A stretch of DNA of 63,179 bases, filler included, from Collodictyon triciliatum (GCA_043381765.1; 11 parts of 11 records of this genome joined end to end with filler, not necessarily neighbours in it), one strand, 5' to 3'. Numbered from the whole stretch's first letter, positions 24,380-36,900 are shown. Notes: generated from the sequence alone by a model not told the origin. A program made the numbers and translations.

Positions 24380-27187
24380 CTAGGAATGCTCCGTTCTGTA
24401 GTGGTCAAGGAGCGCCTCTTCCGAGTCGACCGAGCGCATGCAGAGAGTGCAGATGAAAGGGTGCGTCTCGAGGCTCGTCGGGTTGAAGTGCTCAGAGTCC
24501 AGATGGCTCGAAACCTGATGCTCTGTGCGGAACTCCATCCCGCATACAGGGCACAAGACCGGTCGGTCCAGAACATGCGAACTGGTTCGTCGGGTCAGTC
24601 CCGGGCGCGGGCGCGGTTGTGCTGCCTCGGCCGGTTGTGCTGCCTCGGCATGTTGTGCCTCTTTGGCTGCGTGTTCCTGCATGTTTGTTTGTTTGTTTGT
24701 TTGTTTGTTTGTTTGTTTGTTTGTTTGTTTGTTTGTTTGTTTGTTTGTTTGTTTGTTTGTTTGTTTGTTTGTTTGTTTGTTTGTTTGTTTGTTTGCATGT
24801 TTGTTTGTTTGCTCCCACCTCCATGTGCAGCTCCATGCGTTTGCGCAGAATATACTTTGAGCACTTAGGGCACTGCGTCGTCCGAGACCCACATACATTT
24901 TCGTGCGGCGTTGTGATTCCCAGGGATCGGTCTTCAGAGCTTACCAACCCTCTGCATACAATAAAGTCAGTTTTTTCGTCTGGGAAGAAATTTGTGCAAC
25001 TCGGTGGTGAGGATAACGATTAACATCAGGCCTTCTTTCTTTCTTTTTTAATCTTTCTTGTTAGATTCATGATGTTATGATGACGTTTTGCCAATAGGTT
25101 TTTTTTGAGAGGAATTCAAGAGCAGAAATTGCAATAGAAGACATAACAATAAATGCAGGTGTTCTATGAGAGACTTACGCTCCAGCCTCCTGCTCGGTGT
25201 TGCAGAAACGACAAACAATTATGCGAAGAGGACATTGGTCGACAACGTGAGCCTTCATATCTGAAAGTGTCAAAGACGCTCCACAACTACACAAGGACTC
25301 TTCGTGATAAATCGTACGGTGTTTCTGCAGAGACTTTTTTGTGACAGCCTGAGAGCAAATATCGCAATGTGTGTGGTTTTCCTTCTCCGAAGCACGAAGT
25401 AGGGCACCGCAACCTTGAAACATACACCTCGAGATGTTTCGACGGCAGAAAGCCTCATGCATGTGCACATTTGTGGACGGTACATATTGGTGACAATTCG
25501 AACATTTTGTTGTGTTCGGAGCCTCCTCTCCACTGCGCGATATGCTTTGTCCGTGTGATTCTTCATAGAGTATCTTAATATTGTACTTTGCAGGACTTGG
25601 CCCGCCCACAACAGATATGAATAGCATGGTTTGGTTTGAAATCTCTGAGTGGGGAATAACAAGCTTTTTAGAGCCTATCTCGTCCACGGACGCAAATGTA
25701 AAAATCATGCGGGTGGGGAAAAGGACGGGATATAGTCCTGCATAGATATCAGCATCTGCATCCACAGGTTTGGTAGGATCCGTTTCAGAGATGCTCAGGT
25801 ACACCACAAGGTAAGGATGGGTATTCTCTTTGTTCAGACGAACTTTGAAGTAGTGCGACTCACTGGGCCTTAAGTTGGAGTTAACAGAAGCCCCGATTTC
25901 AATCGGAACGGACTGTAGTTGGTTTGGTTTGGGCACATCCAGTTGCAGAGTTCCACCACCAGGAGTCATGTTGCCCAGATGAGGGATATTCGCCGTTGAC
26001 GTACTGTAGTCCAGAATTGATATGTTGATGTCCGCATTAATTGTAGAAACTGGGGTTCCTTCAGGCCTGTATTTTTTTTCCCCTTTCGTTATTATTTAGC
26101 AAAAGAAAAAGAAAAAGAAAAAGAAAAAAATAGATTCTAGGAGACAAAATGAAATAGAAGGTCCTTGAAACATCGAGATGACTCAATCATGTCTCTTACT
26201 TTACAGACTCCACCAATAAATCAATTCGGAAGGGAAGCATTCCCGGTTTACGAATGACCATAGGGAGGATGTCACCCGCAGAAATAATGGCGTATCTGAA
26301 CATAATCAAGTGGTCAATTATGGATATTGCATATTTTAACTAATATTTGACCAGCGAGTCCATATTTATTTCAAATCTCTTTGTTTGAGTGGTTGCATAT
26401 TTGTCGATGATGTGTATGACATGTAAAGAAAATAAGATTAATGGGGGAAATAGTAGTACCTCGATTGCAGCCATTTTTCTAGGAATACAAGAACATTTTG
26501 AACTGATTCATTAAAACCTGGTTGAAGAGGACGGAATTTTGCATCTGTCGCCTGTGGAACTTGCGCATGGACAAGAGTGAGCATAGGGAGAGACTCTTTT
26601 GAATTCACTCTTTTTTCGGCCAAACCCAAGCGAGACATGATTGTTTCTGGGAGGTAGACAACATCCTATATAGAGTCAAATATTGTATGCGATTTGGGTG
26701 AAATGTGTGGCGGTTGAATTTTCAGGCTTTTTTTGTTGTTGTTTGTTATGTGACCGATGATGCGATGCTACTACTTATTGTGTTTTTCATTTTCTTTTCA
26801 TAAAATTAGTGCTAGGAACCACAAACATCTTTTGAGAATCGATCAACACTTATGAATGCTTTTCTTTGCGTGGTGAGAATGTCTTCTCCGGACGGATAAA
26901 CCTGTGATAGGGAATGATACATAAAATCTAGACATTCGGATTACCATGCAACAAAAGAGAACAAAAGAGAACAAAAGAGAACAAAAGAGAACAAAAGAGA
27001 ACAAAAGAGAACAAGACAAAGAGGCTTTAGAAACCATGAAGAGGAGTGGGGATGGAGCCTGCATCTGGGTCAAATCTTCAAGCAAGGACCCGGGCAGCAC
27101 TGCACGGTCACAAAAGTCGTACTTTTCTTGCAGTTCAAGAGAGGGAGGCGAGTCATGCGTTGATGCACCAGACGAAGACTCACTCTC
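24380..27187 (-). CDS. UFD1-domain protein with TRAF/XAF1-like and C2H2 zinc fingers; first exon missing
   Basis: UFD1-like segments DRAVLPGSLL, DVVYLPETIM, KFRPLQPGF, LEKWLQSRYAIISAGD and STINADINI. These are followed by CxxC..HEAFC-type fingers and two C-terminal C2H2 fingers (CPVC...HLDSEH, CTLC...HYRTEH). Confidence 0.78.
24683..24810. repeat. (TTTG)n intronic microsatellite
   Basis: Tetramer array filling an intron of the UFD1-like gene. Confidence 0.9.
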
Positions 27188-27258
27188 TGACAAAAAGTAA
27201 AAGAGGCAGCCGGATTAAATGAGCGATGAACCACGCTTCTGCCACTGGAATAAGAGAA

Positions 27259-27333
<75 letters not shown>

Positions 27334-27434
27334 NNNNNNNNNNNNNNNNNNNNNNNNNNNNNNNNNNNNNNNNNNNNTTAATTAATTAANNNNNNNNNNN
27401 NNNNNNNNNNNNNNNNNNNNNNNNNNNNNNNNNG

Positions 27435-27473
27435 GTCCTGCACAAAAGTTGAAAGGAAGAATAAAAAAAAAAA
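27435..27473 (+). mobile_element. Retroposon 3' tail with poly(A), same family as 3784-3878
   Basis: GTCCTGCACAAAAGTTGAAAGGAAGAATAAAAAAAAA is 35/37 identical to the reverse complement of 3798-3834. Confidence 0.6.
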
Positions 27474-27494
27474 TCAAAAAAAAAACCCAAGAAT

Positions 27495-28374
27495 ATGTTT
27501 TATATAGATGAACTTTCCGAAGAGCACTTATCTCAATTAGCGACAAAAAAAATATACATAGTTAGAGTGGGCGCAGGTAAGTTTAATTTGGTTTACATGG
27601 TGGATGAGACAGGTAAGAAATTACGTTACACGGCACATCAAAGAATACATGATAGCAAATCTCTTAAAAATCATAAACTACTCATGCGCGAGAAAAAAGA
27701 AAAGTACAATTCTTCAGGGATATACATGGCAACATGTTTACAAAGTGATGTTTCTTTTGGTCTCAGGACTTTTGAAGAGAATCAGCGGTTTGAGACACCA
27801 GGAGTATCTTTAATCGATTTAGAGACAGAACTGAGTAAACAAAATTCATGCACGGTTGATCATGAATAATTTCGAAAATATGTATCTATGAAATCAAGAT
27901 ACCAGATAGGATTATCCACATTTTATGAACAAGTAACTTTTCGAAAGATGAAACGGAGAAAGTATGTCAATACAAAAAGAAGTGAACTATTGTTTATGGG
28001 CCGAATCGAAAAGACATTTGGCAAGGATGTTGTACTGGCGTATGGAGACTGGAGCAGAAAATCTCAGATGAACCATTTTATGGCAATAATCGTAAGAGGA
28101 TTATAAAAAATACAATCCAAACGTTTTGAACCAGTTAGTGTAAATGAATTTAGAACCTTCAAGATGTGTTGTAACTGCGAAAAAGAACTGGAATACGTGA
28201 AACCGAACGGAAATTCAAAAAACGTGTTTAGATATCTCATATGTAAAGGATGCAATCGCTTAGAAAGCAAATTAAGTATATTCTTGACAAGGGACATTCA
28301 CAGCGATAATAAATATACTCAAGAAAGCGCCTTTATCCTACATAAATTGCCTACATCGTCCTCTAAAAAAATAG
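27495..28374 (+). pseudogene. Fanzor (eukaryotic TnpB-like RNA-guided nuclease), C-terminal RuvC/zinc-finger half, inactivated
   Basis: Three ORFs in one frame are separated by TAA at 27867 and 28104. Motifs: RuvC-I-like IVRVGAGKFNLVY (DPG degenerated), VVLAYGDWS, VNEFRTFKMCCNC...LICKGC and RuvC-III LTRDIHS. After a frameshift the sequence reads INILKKAPLSYINCLHRPLKK* (TAG 28372-28374). It is intronless and AT-rich. Confidence 0.85.
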
Positions 28375-28490
28375 GCTGTTGGGTCTTTCCTGGCAGTCTA
28401 CACCATTACACAACCTTTGTGAAACAAGTGATGAGGCCTTGGATACTAGCGAACCAGGTTTGCCAATCGAAAGATTTATGTATCCCTTCT
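28372..28490 (+). ncRNA. Candidate Fanzor omegaRNA scaffold
   Basis: A 12-bp hairpin TAGGCTGTTGGG/CCTGGCAGTCTA with four G-U pairs; a CATTAC/GTGATG stem capped by TTGT-GAA-ACAA; and a GGATAC/GTATCC-closed junction containing GCGAAC/GTTTGC and AATC-GAAA-GATT. It starts at the inferred Fanzor stop codon. Confidence 0.55.
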
Positions 28491-28885
28491 GGTACAAGAT
28501 ATATACCCAATCAATTGATTGTTGATTTGTATGTCAAAAATTATCATTTAGTTTTGTTTCAACATAGATTATAAAGTCTTTATCACCATAAACAGCGGCC
28601 TAAATCAGATTATATAATAAATTCCATAAATAGATACATTGATCACACAACGGATATAATGGGTGATGCACTGATCAACGTGACAAAAATTTCGATGAGT
28701 GGGGTTGATCTCTGTCTCCGTGGCCCTGATCGAGCTGAAGTTTGGCGGGTGTGAGTTTTTATTGCGAGCGTGCAAGAGAAGAATACACGCGTTGCAAGAA
28801 TTGCAAGAATTGCGTGGTTCTCGTTTCACTCTTTCTGCTTCGCTCGGGCTGAGTACATCCTTTGCTGTAGGCCTGTTGCTAGAGA

Positions 28886-30253
28886 ATGGGCTCACGCAGC
28901 TACGACACACCACCGATCACAGAGGTCAAGGTCGTTCTTTTGGGTGCGACTGGAGTAGGCAAAACGTGCATCGCTAACCGCTACGCAACTGGATCGATCA
29001 GCTTGACTTCGCCGACAATAGGGTAATCCAAGTGTCTTTTCTCTTGCTCTTTCCCTTTTCTCTTTTTCTCTCTTTTTCTTTCTTTTTCTTTCTTTTTCTT
29101 TTCTCTTTTGGATTTACGTGAAGATTTCTGCACGATTTGTCAAAGTAAAGTCATGATTCATGGTTGGAAAATCAGAGTGTGCAATACATGTAAGATACAT
29201 TAATCTAACGCTCACTGCAGGGCGTCTTATCTGAAAAAGACAGTGGCTCTTCCTCAAGATATGTTTGAGATTCAAATATGGGATACCGCGGGTCAAGAAA
29301 ATACCAGCCATTGATCATAACCAAATTTTCCATTCTTTTTTTTTCTTCTTCTTCTATTTGCTGAAGGGCACAGTTGAATCACACGGCTGCAATCGTTTTA
29401 TTGCAATTTCATGGCATCCATTAAGAAATATAATCATTTTCATATGCATTATTTTCTTGATATTTTCAGCAGCGCGTTGACATGGTTAGATGGCAATGAC
29501 TCGTCTATTTCTTTTCTATTCCCCGCGATATCATCCCTGCGACAATACCTCTCTATCACTTCCACCATTGTCATAACACAGTACCGAAGCCTTGCACCGA
29601 TGTATTACCGAGATTCACACGCTGTTGTCGTTGTGTTTGACATCACTGACCTAGTGCGGATTCAATCAATTATTAAGCATGATACCATCTCAGATCCACA
29701 AAGTTATTTTGCCTATTTTATTTCATGATAGAGTATCCATAATCCCTTCTCGCTTTTTTTTTTTAAATAACAATAATAAAATTGTCCTTCACTCTCAATA
29801 GGAATCCTTTGAATCTGCTCGGCAGTGGGTAAAGGAATTCCGTATTTCAGGACCCGCTTCAGCTGTCATGATTCTCGTTGCCAACAAACGCGATCTCGAA
29901 TCTTCGCGAATCGTTGATGTCTCCATGAGTCAAGCATATGCGCAAGAGATTGGGGCCTCCTACATTGAAAGCAGCGCTGTTTCAGGAGTCAATATTGATG
30001 AAATATTTCTGAAGATCGGTAACTCTACATATCAGTAGCGCAATTTAGTTGGTTTTTATAATTTACTGGCCGTCTTGGTTAATCCAACAAATGACTACTT
30101 CTTAATACAAAAATGTATTCATTCTCTGCAGTTCAGGAGATAGCTAGAAGAAAAGAGCAACAGCCGGCTGGGGCTACAAATCGAGGAAACAAATTGACTT
30201 CACCCGACAGGTCAAAGGGCAACACAAATGAGCAGAGGAAGTGTTGTTCATAG
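28886..30253 (+). CDS. Rab GTPase, Rab5-family-like, 5 exons
   Basis: KVVLLGATGVGKT, PTIGASY, WDTAGQE|KYRSLAPMYYRDS, NKRD, ESSA and a C-terminal KCCS prenylation motif. Confidence 0.92.
29301..29579 (+). other. Probable AT-AC intron in the Rab gene
   Basis: GGT CAA GAA A|ATACCAGCC...TCATAACAC|AG TAC CGA restores WDTAGQEKYRSL. No GT or GC donor found preserves the motif. Confidence 0.6.
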
Positions 30254-30325
30254 GGAAATATTATTCCTTGCATACGTTTGAAGTTCGGAACACTTTAATG
30301 AGTCTTTTCACTATCACCATTACGA

Positions 30326-30328
<3 letters not shown>

Positions 30329-30408
<80 letters not shown>
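30329..30408. repeat. Poly(A) tract
   Basis: Mononucleotide run of about 80 nt downstream of the Rab gene. Confidence 0.9.
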
Positions 30409-30410
<2 letters not shown>

Positions 30411-31083
30411 TGAAGAAAAAAAGACAAAAATAATTACATTTATTCGCAACCCTCCTCTCTGCCTCAAATATATTCATGCGTGGTTCACATCTCCATTAAA
30501 TTCGAATGAAAATAAAGAAAGACTCTCACGAAGTAGCTGCTCGTCTTTGAATTGGCTACCCTGACCCTTCCGGTCAAAGACATCTAATTTTTCGGTGTTA
30601 TTTCTTCATCCCCTGAGACATCACTTTATAAATCATCAAGCAAAATGACTTGTGAACGTTAGATTTTATTACGACTTTGAAGCAATGCTTGTCCTCTCTA
30701 TGGTGTCTATTCCTTCCATTTTGCTCTGGGTGACCTGTAGAATCTTGTTTTAAGAGATTTTTTCCCCCTCTTCATTTTGATTTTTTTTTTTTTCAAATGG
30801 AACGGTATTCAGAAACGATTATAGGTTTACAAGATTGAAACCCCCATAAAGAAAATAAGGATTTGACAGGTATTGTTATAATTCAGACGGACCAATTTGG
30901 TAAATGGAGTAAAGTTGAGGACTCGCATTATCTCATATGTAAACAATTCAAATGCATCAGACGCAAGGGTTTCAGATGTAATTTTATAGTAGGTCATTTT
31001 CTGATTATCATGTCGAAGAGATAGTCAGATACAACATTTACGTGAAGCAGGAAGCAGACAACGAAGCACCCAACGGATTCTGG

Positions 31084-32877
31084 CTAACCCTTCGAAGCAA
31101 CGGTTGTCATTGTTCTGGTGGGGTCGCAGAATCCAGCCTTATGTGGGTGTAGTGCTGTGCTAGTCGTTTCTGGGGACGTATTGCAATCCAGCAACTTAGA
31201 CTCTACTTGTAATTTCAAGTACGTGTACCATGTCAACCCCAGTATTGATAGCATAATGCCAATCGAATTTGTCCACGTGATACGATAATTAAACTGAAAG
31301 TATCCGACCAAAACCACAACGATGGTTTTAAAATGCCCCATGACATTATACCTGAAATGTGGAACCCAGAAATTGTCAAGTTCAGAAAATGGTCCAAATA
31401 GATGAATAATATGTAACCTGACATTAATATGAAATAGGGACAGCCAGCCACCAAGCAATAATATGTCTATAAACTCTTGCATAATGAATTTGAATCCAAT
31501 AAAAATAGAAAAGAAAAGAAATCTTACGTAAGGGGTCCAGTTAGGTCGATTAAGAAATAATTGCTCAAATTGAAAACGAAAGCCAGTAACGAGGAAAGAA
31601 AAATAGTGTACTATTTCAGAATTGGTTAGTATCTCGACAGTTTTTCTTTAAAAAGGAAGATAAAAACAATTGAAAAAAGTAACATTGGATTTGAAAGAGA
31701 CAGCCGTGCTTCTCAGTAGACAGAGAATTATACATGCATATGCTTTATAGAGAAATCATACAACAAGCGGGCTAGTAAAATCATAGTTTATCAATCCCTC
31801 CTCTCCAGTAACCTCATCAAATGTTGGTGTCAGAAGCATCATAAATAAAGTTGACAAGGGTGCTTGGTAGTAAAGAAGTTGCATACTGTTCACACCCAAC
31901 TGGCTGTGCTTCTTTGCTGTCAACTATGTACGTTTACAAAGTCATACAATTTGTGAATTCTGCTCCATTTTTTTTTTCATATCATGCAAGCGGTTTAAGT
32001 AATTGCAGCCAGGAAACATAATAAAAAAGAAAAGGAAAGGGAAAGGCAAAATAGGTTAAAGGGAACAATGAGTCAGAGAAACTATAGCACCTTATCCGTT
32101 GAATCAAATATAGGTGGAAGTGTAGAAGGGAAAGACGATTTCTTGACTATGAAATAACATGGTTCCAATAAACATAACATACAACTTGACTACCAGCTTT
32201 AGTAGCCTCTCCAAGAACGGCGACTATGAAGCCGGTGAAGTTGAGTTCTACATCCGTGAATGTCGCGAGACCGATTCCAGCGCATGCGCACACCAGAGAC
32301 AGTTTTAGTTGGGTGGAAAATCGCACCTTGTAGACTAAGCTCTGTAACAAAACAACAAGAGGAATGGTAAACGCTTTCATGACCTGATAAAATCCCACTG
32401 AGTTGTATTGCAAACTAAGATTGTTGAGGGTAACGAATAGGGCATGCATGCAGGAAAGGCCAAGTATGTCAGTACACTTCAAAGATTTCTTTTGAAGGAT
32501 CCCAAGAACCATGCATAATTTGAGACCAATCGAGCAGAAAACAAAATGAATCAAGGTGACAAACGTCCCTATTATCACACAACATAAATGATATTTCCTT
32601 ATTGCTAAGGTGGGCATATGAGGTGATATAATATAATCTCTACACAGGGGGTGCATCAATTTATTATTTTATTTTAGAAAAAAAAGCTTCCATTTCAGTT
32701 TTTTTTTTTTTTTTACCACACTATTACTGCTGAAATAAAAAAATTACCGAAATTAAAATCGTAGTAAAAGAAGATAGACTTGTTCACAGAGACCAAAAGG
32801 ATAGAGACCATGATGTTGAACATCATAGACACAGAAACCCTTAAAAAGTCTGTCGCAGGGTCTGTGTGAGTGAGCAT
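31084..32877 (-). CDS. Nucleotide-sugar transporter, SLC35E3/UXT-like (TPT family), 5 exons
   Basis: LVSVNK, FVTLIHF, LNNLSLQYNSVGFYQVMK, SMQLLYYQAP and TGPLT|YNVMGHFKT, with multiple TM segments. Confidence 0.88.
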
Positions 32878-33554
32878 TGAGATGATAAACGCTTGGTGCT
32901 CGAACCCTATCTACTGATTATTTCGGTTATATTGTTTGTTATTTGAACATGACAACTAAGCGACTTTTTTTTTTCAATGACAAAAGGATTGCAGTCACTT
33001 TGGTTTAGCATAAAATGTTTTTTTTCCCATCAAGTCCGTCATCCTGCAGCTGCTTTTCTCATTATCAGGTGTATAATTACAAAAGACCCTATTAAAACCA
33101 AACACTAAACTTCCAGCACTTCGTTTCTGGACATAAGCAACTAAAAGCAGTGTGTTTTCCCCCTTTGCAACAGTCTCATTTTTGACCTCTTTTACACATA
33201 GCTTACAGTTTATTGAGATAAAGCACATCCTTAGAAACCACCTTTGCTTCTTGGACAATAATGAGCTGCGGACGAGACAGTGGAAACCCCCTGGAATATG
33301 TGTTGGAGTTTTTGTGTTTTGAGTGGAAGGAAAGGAAAAGAAAAAAAGAAAAAAAGAAAAAAAGAAAAAAGAAAAAAAGAAAAAAAGAAAAAAAGAAAAA
33401 AAGAAAAAAAGAAAAAAGAAAAAAGAAAAAAAGAAAAAAAGAAAAAAAGAAAAANNNNNNNNNNNNNNNNNNNNNNNNNNNNNNNNNNNNNNNNNNNNTT
33501 AATTAATTAANNNNNNNNNNNNNNNNNNNNNNNNNNNNNNNNNNNNNNNNNNNN

Positions 33555-33558
33555 CTTC

Positions 33559-33625
<67 letters not shown>

Positions 33626-33657
33626 TTTTTCTTTCTTTCTTTCTTTTTTTCTTTTTT

Positions 33658-33739
<82 letters not shown>

Positions 33740-33825
33740 TTTCTTCCTTTCTTCCATTCTTCCTTTCTTCCTTTCTTCCTTTCTTCCTTTCTTCCTTTCT
33801 CCCTTTCTTCCTTTCTTCCTTTCTT
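33555..33825. repeat. (TTTC)n/(TTCC) pyrimidine microsatellite
   Basis: Tandem arrays at the contig start. Confidence 0.9.
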
Positions 33826-33969
33826 TTGCCCTACCTGTAGTTACTTTTATGTTTCTGCAACACTTTCTGGGCGCTTGTGTTACCACAATATATATTTAAA
33901 CAATAATAAAAAAATAATAATAATTAAATCTACCTCTTTAATCGCAGCTCGGAGCCAAGACGGAAACCG

Positions 33970-36900
33970 ATGGAACTTCCCGAGCTGGAGATCAACCCGG
34001 TTGTGCGGGATTTAAGCTATGCCTCCTTTCTCAACGAGCTGCAGCGCGACAGAAATGCCTTCGCAGATGTGAGCCACATGGTTCTGCGTTATGACGAGTA
34101 CCAGTCTAGCGACGAAGGTGAAGGTGCTTTCGAGGATCCTGACTTTGTGCAGGACATTCTGCCCGTCTTTACACCCGATCAGTTCCCCATGCTCGATGTG
34201 CTGGAGCTTAAAATGGATTTTGAGGATTTCATCTGCCCGAAACTTTGCTTCTCTAACGTCACCGTGATGGTCCTTAATGGGTCAAGCATAGATGCATTCT
34301 TTCGATACATCGAAGCAAATGCATTTCCTAGTGTCCAAAAGCTCATGCTCACGGACACCCGTGTTCAAGACTTGAGGATCGACATGTCTATGCTACCAAA
34401 CCTACAGGTTATACAGGTGGAGAGTGACTCAGAGAACTTGGTTGTCGAATTTGTCAACTGCGACATAGAAAAGACTCTCTTCAGCATGTCGTTTATCAAG
34501 AAAACAAGCGAAAATAATTCCTTCCCTCCCTCAATTACTTTGGTGCAATCTCCTAAGGTCCAAATGCTTGTCTTCAAAGGATACAATCCGTCGGAAACCT
34601 TAGGTGCTATGGACAGGAGCACCATTCTTTCTCTTTCCATTTCAGATGTGAATCTGGGCGAAGTACCTGATGTTGTGTTCACCGCTACACAAATGACGGA
34701 GCTCAATCTGGATAACACTCAATTAAAAGAGATATCTGGCAGAATCGAACTGCTGGAGAAACTCACTCGCCTGAACTTGGAGAGCAACACTGACCTGAAA
34801 AAACTCCCTGATTCCTTGGGTAAACTCGACAATATCACTTACCTCAACCTTACAAACACTGGAGTCAGTAGTGCATCCTCTAAAATTTGGGACTGCCGTG
34901 TGAGAAGGCGCACCATTCTTACACTGAGTAGTTTAGGAAGAGGTGAAATCATATTTCCAAATATGCTTGTGCATGTTAAAAAATTGGATATTCGCTCGTT
35001 TGGACTGCGTCGTTTAGATGACTCGATTACTGCGATGAGCAGCCTCGAAATGATTAATCTATCCGATAACCTTTTTGACTCTGTTCCTATGATTCTGGAT
35101 GCAATGCCAAACTTGAAAAGGATTGACATGGAAAGGAATCCCTTCTCTATGCTTATTGAATACCATTCAAAAACAGATTTTGATCAAAAATTGGATGATT
35201 CGCAAAAGAATACTGATACGAAAGAGGATGAAATAAATGACGATACAGTCTATCGTGATTGCTTCCTCTCCCCGCGCTTTTGTTCGAATAGTGATTTGAA
35301 GATAAAGTTATCTTTTTCTCAAAAACCATCCCATTCTGGAGAGATGTGCACAAAAACTCTAAGCGATATTTGCTTGGTATTCAACAGATTTAATTCAGGA
35401 ATTTCTAAGGCCATCCACCTCATTGAAATATACAATAAGGATGTGACTTTCAACCAAAATGAAGTGAAGGCATTTGAACGATTCATCATAAATACATTGA
35501 AATCTGAAAGTTCTGCCACCCAACCCGACACCCCAACAAATCTATTGACTTTGAGTCCCGAAATTGATAGTCTCCTCGATGCCAATTTCATCAACGTCGC
35601 CAACGAAGCTCATTGCACAACATTCATTAATAACTCGGCAATAGTGAAGAAAACAGAGAGATTGTGGACATCAGATATCGATATCACTGCAGCTACGTTG
35701 ACGCAAAACAACTTGCAATCTATATTTGCGACTGGGTACATCCGAGGTGCATTTCTGTGGCTTGAAATGTTTTTGCGCCAATTTCCAAGATTTAAAAAAT
35801 CTCCAAGAGGGAAATTCATCCTTTCCTTTGTAATGCACCTTTTCTTTGTCTGCGTGCTATACAAAATTACTTTACTGGACATTAAAAATAGTTTCATTCA
35901 CGCTCATTTTGTTGGAAGTCAAATGTCAGAGAGCGAGCATGTTCAACCAAAAGTATTTGAAAACGTTGACAAGTTTTGGGATTACTTCCGTCAAGACTTT
36001 ATCCCTAGTATCTACAGCAAAGGTCAATATGAAGCGGTCGGCCATCTCCCCGACAAGGTAAATATTGTCGCAATCCCGGCACGTCTTCGTGTTCTCCGCG
36101 TCTTCGATGTTCCATGTAGTTCTTTTCCGGTGATGTATGCCCATTACAATATATCGAATTATCAATGTTACCCACCTCTTGATTATGATAATGAATGCAA
36201 AGAAGCCTACGGAAAAGGAGATCAAAAGTACACGTGGGTGAGCTCGACCGAGCTATCAGGATTCGAAATTCAAGGAAGAGCTGCCCTTTACCACGGGGGT
36301 GGTTATCATGTCGTCCTAGCCCACAATTTAGAGGATGCTTTGAAAACGCTCACGGAATTGAAAGAAAATGGGTATATTGATTACCAAACACGAGGCTTAA
36401 TTGTTGACTACATCATAGAAAACGAGGCGACAGAGTTCTTTTCATTCATGTCAACCTTATTCGAGTTTCTTCCTACTGGAGACATTGAAACCACGACAAT
36501 ATCCCAAGTTATATCCCAAACGTCCGTATCTCGCATGTCTGACGTTTGGTCTCTGATTTACAACACCATTCTTTTTTCATTTACGCTTGGACACATCATC
36601 CACGAGTCTTTTCAGGTAATGGCCATGGGTTTCGGATACTTTGGAGAACTTGCAAACTGGATAGACTTGTTTATGATTGGGCTTTTAACAGTACAAAATT
36701 GGATTTGGCTTGTCATGGCCTTTAACGTCCCCTCGTCTAACTTGGTTACTTATGACCCAGGACGCTACCTGACCAGTATGTTTTGCTTGGCACAGATGCA
36801 AGAGAGCAAATTATGGTATTTGTCCCTGCTTAATATATTCGCAGGTCTCCGTGTGTTTCCGTACTTCCTCATCCACCCCAACATAGGACTTTTAATTTTC

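Noticed and set aside
28446-28456. 11-nt match (CTAGCGAACCA) between the candidate omegaRNA and the retroposon insert near 3852-3862
   Set aside because: Exact 11-mer matches are expected by chance in a 63-kb two-strand comparison, and the match lies in the scaffold rather than the presumed guide.
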